DNA of 12,477 nucleotides from a virus: UHGV virus genome UHGV-0119008; one strand, 5' to 3'. Shown piece by piece: positions 7,206 to 12,477 of this stretch (position 1 is its first letter; each line of letters starts with the position of its first letter). The notes under the pieces were generated by a model. It saw only the letters and a program-made list of their open reading frames with translations, ran no database searches and was not told where the DNA came from. The position numbers and the translations under genes were made by a program.

Positions 7206-7376
7206 ATGAGCGAAGCTACAGAAAAGAAAAGACAACCACGCACTTGCTTTCATATTCCTGATGAAGTATTTCAGGTGTTGTTTAAAGAAGCCAGAAGTAA
7301 ACGTATCACTGTTACAGATTACATTCTTGATATGTTGAAAAGAGAGGCTGAAACACTCTCAAATAAAAGCAAGTGA
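7206..7376 (+). CDS. Ribbon-helix-helix (CopG/Arc-like) DNA-binding protein
   Basis: ATG at 7206 preceded by aaggag (7194-7199). The ORF track's upstream start at 7161 overlaps the previous gene. RTCFHIPDEVFQVLFKEARSKRITVTDYILDMLKRE fits strand-helix-helix. Sits immediately upstream of the Rep-like gene, as in CopG-Rep cassettes. Confidence 0.6.
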   Translation: MSEATEKKRQPRTCFHIPDEVFQVLFKEARSKRITVTDYILDMLKREAETLSNKSK

Positions 7377-7429
7377 TTTTTATCACCATAGTAGCGCCGT
7401 AGAGCGTGATTACATCAAGGAGATTTTTA

Positions 7430-8083
7430 ATGATTAATGAAGAACAATTTGTAAAAGTTCCTATGTGGATTCTAAAAATAAGCCAAGTAAACGGGCATAA
7501 ATTTACAGATAGTGCTAAAAACCTTTACTGCTATCTGAAAGGGTTTGATCGTGCATTTCCCTCTTACGCTAAGATAGGCGATGTTTTTGGCATAACACCA
7601 AGAGCAGCAGAGGAAAGGGTTAAGAAATTGCTCGAAATGGGGTTAATTATAAAAGATGCACGACCAGGAAGTTCTAATGTCTATCAAGTGGTAGATATTC
7701 CACAAGAAGAAGCTAGACAAGAAGCCAAGACACAACAAGAAGCTACTGTTAAAGCTGTTCCTGATCAGCTTCCCCCTACGGAAGATAATAAACAGCCTTC
7801 TTTTGATGTTCTTGATGATTGGGATGCGCCTTTGCCGTGGGAGACGGAAGAAACACCTGTTTCATCAAGTGAAAAGGTAGCTAATGATAATGAGGAGGAT
7901 GTGTTAGAGAATTTTGCCTCTCTTATCATCCAGGAGAAACACAAAAGAACAGGAGGGGCATCATTTATAGAATTTGCAAATTCACTAGCTTGTAGATACG
8001 GGCTAAAACGACCAAATGGTATTGAGGCATATTTTTCTAAGCATTACCCAAATGTATACGAAGACTTTGATATTCCCTTTTAA
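7430..8083 (+). CDS. Winged-helix replication initiator / replisome-organiser-like protein (RepA_N-like)
   Basis: ATG at 7430 with aaggag at 7417-7422 (the ORF track's 7406 start is a GTG). N-terminus FVKVPMWILKI...DSAKNLYCYLKGF...YAKIGDVFGITPRAAEERVKKLLEMGLI matches the pattern I recall for RepA_N / phage replisome-organiser wHTH domains. Acidic C-terminal half. Confidence 0.55.
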   Translation: MINEEQFVKVPMWILKISQVNGHKFTDSAKNLYCYLKGFDRAFPSYAKIGDVFGITPRAAEERVKKLLEMGLIIKDARPGSSNVYQVVDIPQEEARQEAKTQQEATVKAVPDQLPPTEDNKQPSFDVLDDWDAPLPWETEETPVSSSEKVANDNEEDVLENFASLIIQEKHKRTGGASFIEFANSLACRYGLKRPNGIEAYFSKHYPNVYEDFDIPF

Positions 8084-8099
8084 AAAGTAAGGAGGACTA

Positions 8100-8378
8100 T
8101 TGATACAGTATTTAATAAAAAGCAAAGTAGACAGAATTCAGTGTAACGACACAGGAAAACGCATCTACGAAACGCTTGCTTACCTCTATAAAGGAAAGCC
8201 AACACCGCTAAAATATAGCGATGTGTTACATCGAGCAGGTTGCTCTGAGTCAGGTTTAAAATTCTGGCTGAAACAGCTATCAAATTTCGGTGTTATTGAA
8301 ATGAAAGAGCTGTCTTTCTCTACATTTAATCTCAAAAGACTAGATAAAGAAATAGAATTCATCTATTCCACTCTCTAA
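8100..8378 (+). CDS. Hypothetical protein (92 aa), possible wHTH
   Basis: TTG start 4-5 nt after a strong aaggagg SD (short spacing lowers confidence). Tightly packed after the Rep-like gene. Confidence 0.45.
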   Translation: MIQYLIKSKVDRIQCNDTGKRIYETLAYLYKGKPTPLKYSDVLHRAGCSESGLKFWLKQLSNFGVIEMKELSFSTFNLKRLDKEIEFIYSTL

Positions 8379-8510
8379 AATCTCTCTATGTAATTAAAAT
8401 ATAAAAGGAAAACATTATTATGATAGTAGCTATGTATTGGTTATTGTTCTTTCTCACGTTAGAAGCATATTTCGGGGTGTTTTCCTTTAAAAGAAAAGGA
8501 AAAGTAAATT

Positions 8511-8921
8511 ATGGCAAAAAGAAAAAACAACGTTGTTAAGAAAATCGGTGATTCAGCTTCTCTTCTAAGTAAACCTAAATCTATTCTAAAACGTAAAGAC
8601 TTTAAAGAGCTAGTTACGCTCACCAAGCATAATAGCGCCCCTGGCGAATGGAAAACAGAGATCATAGAACATTCTCCCTCTGTGCCTTGTGGAGATGAAT
8701 ATATCGCCTTACAAGAAATCTTATCTTCAACACCTGGCGTGTTCTGGAAACCTAAAAAAAGAAAAGAGTATATCGTTGATAGCTCTGATTTACGCAAATA
8801 CCAGATTTTAGGATTTGAAGATTATAATCACTACGTTGGTTATCTCGCCACAAATGGCCTAAATAATTTAGTTCCTGAATTCCAGATTTTAGATAATGCA
8901 GATCACTATGGAGACTTTTAA
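8511..8921 (+). CDS. Hypothetical protein (136 aa), lysine-rich N-terminus
   Basis: ATG with aagga SD ~10 nt upstream. Stop abuts the next gene's start. Confidence 0.5.
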   Translation: MAKRKNNVVKKIGDSASLLSKPKSILKRKDFKELVTLTKHNSAPGEWKTEIIEHSPSVPCGDEYIALQEILSSTPGVFWKPKKRKEYIVDSSDLRKYQILGFEDYNHYVGYLATNGLNNLVPEFQILDNADHYGDF

Positions 8922-8922
8922 T

Positions 8923-9261
8923 ATGAACAAAAACACGTATGACACAATTTACTCACTAATTAATTATTATGAGGATGATTACCTCCTGCCTTTAAACCGC
9001 GCTGAACTTGAAGCATACAAAGAAAACACGCCAGCGGCACTAAATGAGGCGTTTAAACACTGGAATTTAGCTGTGAATGCCTTTGAGCACCTCTCTAAGC
9101 GTGTAGAGATGCTCTGTAAGCGCGAAAACGCATACCTGACAGCCGATCAGGTATGGGAATTATCAAACTGGATAGAAGATATTGAATCTGATGTTCGCTA
9201 TGTGGGAGATGGACTTGTTGAACTAGCGCAACGCTTAGGCGCTACTATCACAGAAGAATAA
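8923..9261 (+). CDS. Hypothetical protein (112 aa from ATG 8923; alternative in-frame starts at 8896 and 8908)
   Basis: ORF begins immediately after the stop of the upstream gene (8919-8921). No recognised motif and no Cys/His zinc-binding pattern. Confidence 0.5.
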   Translation: MNKNTYDTIYSLINYYEDDYLLPLNRAELEAYKENTPAALNEAFKHWNLAVNAFEHLSKRVEMLCKRENAYLTADQVWELSNWIEDIESDVRYVGDGLVELAQRLGATITEE

Positions 9262-9290
9262 AAAAAGCAACAAAAAAGTTGTAAAATATC

Positions 9291-9319
9291 TTGACATTCC
9301 ATCTATTGTATGTTAATAT
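9291..9319 (+). promoter_or_regulatory. Near-consensus sigma70 promoter: TTGACA, 17-bp spacer, TAATAT
   Basis: TTGACA at 9291-9296, TAATAT at 9314-9319. No ORF follows for ~290 nt. Confidence 0.6.
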
Positions 9320-9325
9320 AATTAT

Positions 9326-9544
9326 ATAGGGGTGATTATTTTTCCTTTATTGGTTCGATATTAAAAATTCTTCCTGTCATTAAAGGGGAGTAAAATCTCC
9401 GCTCCCCGCTTCTTCTCCTCCTTAAGTAAATACTGTGCCATTATACCTCTTTGTTATGCATACATCTTGGAGTATGCATAACATAGGGTAATTACATAGG
9501 TATGAGTTAATAAAAGGCGGCTTTAAATGCTGCCTTTTATTTTG
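9326..9544 (+). ncRNA. Putative ~220-nt terminated leader or small RNA between the promoter and an intrinsic terminator
   Basis: No ORF longer than ~11 codons. Structured: GGGGAG (9385-9390) can pair with either CTCC (9397-9400) or CTCCCC (9402-9407). 11-bp perfect hairpin gttatgcatac / gtatgcataac at 9453-9482. Ends at the terminator 9512-9544. Confidence 0.3.
9512..9544 (+). terminator. Rho-independent terminator
   Basis: Stem aaggcggc (9514-9521) / gctgcctt (9529-9536) with one G-U pair, 7-nt loop, followed by ttattttg. Confidence 0.55.
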
Positions 9545-9550
9545 CCCGTT

Positions 9551-9570
9551 ATACAACTTAAAAGTTGTAT
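9551..9570. promoter_or_regulatory. 20-bp palindrome ATACAACTT-aa-AAGTTGTAT (operator-like) upstream of the structural genes
   Basis: 9-bp arms are exact reverse complements. Located between the terminator and the 9606 ORF. Confidence 0.55.
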
Positions 9571-9605
9571 TTCTTACTTTAAACAAGGTAACAAGGTTTA
9601 TATAA

Positions 9606-9818
9606 ATGTTGTTCTTAAATGATAAAGAGCAAATCATCAAGTATAAAGATGAAATGCTGAAAATTAATCCACAAATTACCGAAATGGTAGCTAAATACGC
9701 TGGGTGTTCTGTAGAGGAAGTAGAAAGATGTGTTGAAAAATATTTTTCTCCTTCTTCTCCGTCTACACCTTCCCTTAATGAATTAATCAAATTAAAAGCT
9801 AAGGAGATTACTAAATGA
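9606..9818 (+). CDS. Hypothetical small protein (70 aa)
   Basis: ATG at 9606 with a weak aagg SD. Stop overlaps the next start (ATGA at 9815-9818), suggesting translational coupling. Confidence 0.45.
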   Translation: MLFLNDKEQIIKYKDEMLKINPQITEMVAKYAGCSVEEVERCVEKYFSPSSPSTPSLNELIKLKAKEITK

Positions 9819-10177
9819 TTATTGATTTAGACACTCTGTTTCCAGTTCGAAAGACTTTCACGGATATTGTAAGTTATTGTACTGATCCGTTTGCCTCTGT
9901 AGAAAGCAAGGTTTTTGCTTCTCTTCCTGCTGATGTTGAGTGCGGCGACTTGATCACCAGCACTGGCGCTAAATATGAATCAGGAGATGATATTTATGTT
10001 GTTATGAGTGAATTTGTAACGGCTGGAGAAAACAAGCCTGTAGATGTGCTACGTAGCAATGCTGGGCTTGTATGCATCAAAGCTGATGCGCTGAATGCTG
10101 TAAGTGAAGCAGCAAAAACAGCATTAATTAAAAAAGGCTTTCAGCTTGAAGGGTTCCATTCTGTTTTCACTTCTTAA
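9815..10177 (+). CDS. Putative head decoration / accessory capsid protein (120 aa)
   Basis: aaggag SD 9 nt upstream. Size and position directly upstream of the gpE-like capsid gene mirror the lambda D-E arrangement. No direct sequence similarity to lambda gpD could be confirmed by eye. Confidence 0.4.
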   Translation: MIIDLDTLFPVRKTFTDIVSYCTDPFASVESKVFASLPADVECGDLITSTGAKYESGDDIYVVMSEFVTAGENKPVDVLRSNAGLVCIKADALNAVSEAAKTALIKKGFQLEGFHSVFTS

Positions 10178-10195
10178 TAAAAGGAATAATAATAA

Positions 10196-11224
10196 ATGAT
10201 TCTAGGTAATGATTACGTTGATTTAGCTCCTCTGTTCTCTGCGCATAGCACTAGAAATTATCTACTTTCTACTCTCGACTTCACTGATCCGGTGGGCGTT
10301 AGTTCTCATAAAGTAGCTGTTTCCCAGCTTGTCGAAAGCAACGAATCTCTCTTTAACAAAGAGACAAGCCGTTTTAGTTCTGAACACAATGTTACTAAGC
10401 GAGAACAAGGTAAAGAATGGCTGATCGAAATCCCTTACTTCCTGCGTGAAGATGTGATCCGTCCTTCTGATGTTCAAGGCAAGCGTAAGCCTGGCACTGA
10501 TTTTCAGGAAACACTCACTGATATTTATGCTGACTATGTTGCTAAACACCACGTAGCGTATCAGCGTACAAAAGAGAGCGTGCTGGCTGCATCTCTGTTT
10601 AGCGGTAAAACTTACACGCCTAAAACTGATGATGTTCTTATCGAGTGGAGCAAGCTGTTTAACGTATCAGCTATGAAAGCCACTGTGAACGCTTCCAGCA
10701 CTGACACCACGAAGATTTTTAAAGAATTTGATCAGATTGCTACTGACATTATCGAAAAAGCACAGAGTCAGGCGGCGGCTGTAGAGCGAATTGTTGTTTT
10801 CTGTAAGCCGGAAGCCTTCTCTGCAATTCGATTCTCTGCTGGTATGGCAAACGCATTCCAGTATGTAAGCCCACTGGAAGAGGGGAACGTTGTGTATCAG
10901 CGTCGTGACCTGCTGCCAGGGGTGACAGCGTTCACTATTCCAGGAACTAACATTGATGTTGTTAAACTGGTAGATCCGCTACACCTGGCACATATGGCCG
11001 CAGACGCTGTAGCTGTGCCTAAATTCTCTAAGGGTAGCGGAATTTATACCAACATCTACGGGGCTGCTTCCAGCACCTTTGAACTGATTAATGCCGCTCC
11101 TGCTGAGGTGTATAGCTATAGCTATGAATCTTCTCGTGGTGATGCTGTTAACGTTGTTACAGAGAATAGCCAGATGGTGGTAAACCACGGTGTAGGCTTC
11201 TCCGTTCAAATCACTGTTAAATAA
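10196..11224 (+). CDS. Phage major capsid protein, lambda gpE-like family
   Basis: 342 aa (lambda gpE is about 341 aa). Local blocks resemble my recollection of gpE: IEWSK vs TEWSK, ERIVVFCKPEAFSAIRFS vs NIIVFDPKGWALFRS, N-terminal ...PLF.... Ala/Ser/Thr/Val-rich structural-protein composition. Strong terminator immediately downstream. Confidence 0.6.
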   Translation: MILGNDYVDLAPLFSAHSTRNYLLSTLDFTDPVGVSSHKVAVSQLVESNESLFNKETSRFSSEHNVTKREQGKEWLIEIPYFLREDVIRPSDVQGKRKPGTDFQETLTDIYADYVAKHHVAYQRTKESVLAASLFSGKTYTPKTDDVLIEWSKLFNVSAMKATVNASSTDTTKIFKEFDQIATDIIEKAQSQAAAVERIVVFCKPEAFSAIRFSAGMANAFQYVSPLEEGNVVYQRRDLLPGVTAFTIPGTNIDVVKLVDPLHLAHMAADAVAVPKFSKGSGIYTNIYGAASSTFELINAAPAEVYSYSYESSRGDAVNVVTENSQMVVNHGVGFSVQITVK

Positions 11225-11242
11225 TATTTTAACGTGTAATAG

Positions 11243-11280
11243 AGGCGTGGCGTGAATAACACGCTTCGCCTTTTTTTATT
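11243..11280 (+). terminator. Rho-independent terminator downstream of the capsid gene
   Basis: ~12-bp GC-rich stem aggcgtggcgtg / cacgcttcgcct (one mismatch, one G-T), loop aataa, followed by tttttttatttattttt. Confidence 0.7.
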
Positions 11281-11310
11281 TATTTTTAAATTTTGAGAGG
11301 TGATTAAAAT

Positions 11311-11514
11311 ATGGAAGTGATTTTGAAATCAAAAAATGGTGTACACGTACATTTAGATGCTAATGATTCTAGAGGCTTGTTAAATCTGAAATATCTATGT
11401 TCTCTCTTAGATGTTCCCTATGAAGGAGTAAAAGCCCGTATGTTCAGACTAAACGAGAGTATTGATCAGGCTCTACACCATTTCTTAAGCAAAGAAGGTG
11501 GTAAAAATGATTAA
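11311..11514 (+). CDS. Hypothetical small protein (67 aa)
   Basis: ATG preceded by gagaggtga SD. Lies between the capsid gene and the coiled-coil ORF. Confidence 0.5.
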   Translation: MEVILKSKNGVHVHLDANDSRGLLNLKYLCSLLDVPYEGVKARMFRLNESIDQALHHFLSKEGGKND

Positions 11515-11528
11515 TAAGGGGATTTTAA

Positions 11529-12477
11529 ATGTTAGAAATTAACACTTCTAAAATTAAGAACACAGTTACATTTAGTGTAGATAAAGACAGCTTGAAAAAA
11601 GCGAAAGACTCTATTACAGGCTTAAAGGAATTCGCAGAGAACATTAAGCCAGCTAAATTAAGATTTGATACTGTCACTAAAGGCTATAAGAAAGCACAAA
11701 GTGAAGTAGACAAGATTGCCCAGCAAAAAGCGAAAAACGAAAAACAGAATCAAAGAGCACAAGCTGCCGCAGCAAGAGCACAGGCAAGGCAACAGCAACA
11801 AATAGCAGCACGTAAAGAGAAAGCAGAATTAAAACTCCTCGATGTGTCAAGCTCTATCAGTGCAATGCACCGTCTCTCTGTAGCTGAACAATACAAAGCT
11901 ATTGCACAGGCTAGAGAAATTGCCCTCCAATATGAAAGAGGCGCTATTAGTCTGGCACGTATGAATAGCCAGATGAAACGCTTACAACAGCAACAACGTA
12001 AGATTAATGGCAACAGAAAAGCACAATTAGCCCCCGTTAAGGGAGGAGGATCAGGGAATTCCGCCACTATGGGCGCTCTGTTATTTGGAGGCGCTACGGC
12101 TGCTGCTGGCGTGATGGCTGTTAGTAAAGCGTCGGAGTTTGTTAGTAGCAGTTTCGCTAACGCAGAGACCCAAGGGGAGCTAATCCAACGTGCAAGGCTT
12201 GGCGGTGTAGACGTTAACCAGATGTATAATATTACAGAATGGGCGTATAGAAACGGCGTTGACTCTATGATGGGTGATCAAGGGGCTAGGAAATACCTGG
12301 ATCAGATGAAAGATGTTAGGGAACGTGCCGCAAAATCCTACAGTGAAGCTGAATTGGTGAAAGACAAGAAAACCGGAAAATCTGAATGGAAAGGCGGTGA
12401 TAATGCTATTAATGAACTTCTAAACTGGATTTGCCCCTATATTTCCAGACATCTGTTATCACTTAACCCATTACAAG
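11529..12477 (+). CDS. 3'-truncated ORF (at least 316 codons, no stop in window): coiled-coil protein with Gly/Ala-rich hydrophobic segment, tape-measure-like
   Basis: ATG at 11529 with aagggg SD. My own translation is continuous to the window end. N-terminal Lys/Gln/Ala-rich helical region (AQAAAARAQARQQQQIAARKEKAELK), then GGGSGNSATMGALLFGGATAAAGVMAV. The last 52 nt are the right inverted-repeat copy. Confidence 0.55.
   Translation, partial: MLEINTSKIKNTVTFSVDKDSLKKAKDSITGLKEFAENIKPAKLRFDTVTKGYKKAQSEVDKIAQQKAKNEKQNQRAQAAAARAQARQQQQIAARKEKAELKLLDVSSSISAMHRLSVAEQYKAIAQAREIALQYERGAISLARMNSQMKRLQQQQRKINGNRKAQLAPVKGGGSGNSATMGALLFGGATAAAGVMAVSKASEFVSSSFANAETQGELIQRARLGGVDVNQMYNITEWAYRNGVDSMMGDQGARKYLDQMKDVRERAAKSYSEAELVKDKKTGKSEWKGGDNAINELLNWICPYISRHLLSLNPLQ
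12426..12477. repeat. Right copy of the 52-bp perfect terminal inverted repeat
   Basis: Exact reverse complement of 4-55. Lies inside the truncated ORF 11529..>12477. Confidence 0.95.

Noticed and set aside
7700..7750. CAAGAAG direct repeats inside the Rep-like gene as lambda-O-style internal ori iterons
   Set aside because: The repeats are only 7 bp and simply encode a reiterated QEEA/QEAK peptide motif. More likely a coding repeat than binding sites.
8923..9261. Identification of the 112-aa protein upstream of the PR'-like promoter as a Q antiterminator
   Set aside because: No Cys/His zinc-binding motif and no recognisable similarity to Q proteins I can recall. Only the position is suggestive.
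8080..11209. Minus-strand ORFs 8080..8283, 8459..8797, 9422..9790, 10262..10552 and 10979..11209
   Set aside because: All are antisense to well-supported plus-strand genes or to the structured leader, and have hydrophobic/low-complexity translations typical of antisense reads in AT-rich DNA.
11750..12067. Minus-strand ORF 11750..12067 (Cys/Ala-rich)
   Set aside because: Antisense to the Gln/Ala-rich coiled-coil region of the terminal ORF. The CAG/GCA-repeat sequence reads as Cys/Ala/Leu on the other strand. Artefact.
1..12477. tRNA or tmRNA genes as possible integration targets
   Set aside because: No GTTCGAATC-type T-loop motif in a tRNA-like context was found by eye. The GGTTCA matches belong to the GTTGGTTCA repeat family at 1514-1636.

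Overview
12,477-bp mosaic accessory segment with phage/plasmid character. All calls come from reading the sequence and ORF translations by eye; no database search or computation was possible. (1) The window is bounded by a perfect 52-bp inverted repeat (4-55 vs 12426-12477). (2) Left ~3.5 kb, moderate GC: a divergent regulatory unit (RHH DNA-binding protein plus a small membrane-anchored protein on the minus strand; a PerC-family activator on the plus strand) sharing a promoter region with operator-like palindromes and six copies of a GTTGGTTCA repeat, then a small ORF, a pRiA4b ORF-3-like protein and a convergent hypothetical gene. (3) Centre ~3.5-6.9 kb, visibly AT-rich and nearly gene-free, packed with short repeats (TTACACAG arrays in opposing orientation, 10-bp-phased A-tracts, 21-bp-spaced GATTTAAGGGTATT repeats), most consistent with an origin, regulatory or recombination region. 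(4) Right ~7-12.5 kb, AT-rich, tightly packed plus-strand genes: consensus sigma70 promoter, small ORF, CopG-like RHH, wHTH RepA_N-like initiator, three hypotheticals, a second consensus promoter followed ~200 nt later by an intrinsic terminator (lambda PR'-tR'-like leader), then a head-decoration-like ORF, a lambda gpE-like major capsid protein with a strong downstream terminator, a small ORF and a 3'-truncated coiled-coil (tape-measure-like) ORF that runs into the right inverted repeat. No rRNA, tRNA, CRISPR array, integrase, transposase, terminase, portal or lysis gene was recognised. The leading hypothesis is a minimal self-replicating phage-satellite-like or rearranged prophage element carrying an orphan capsid module.
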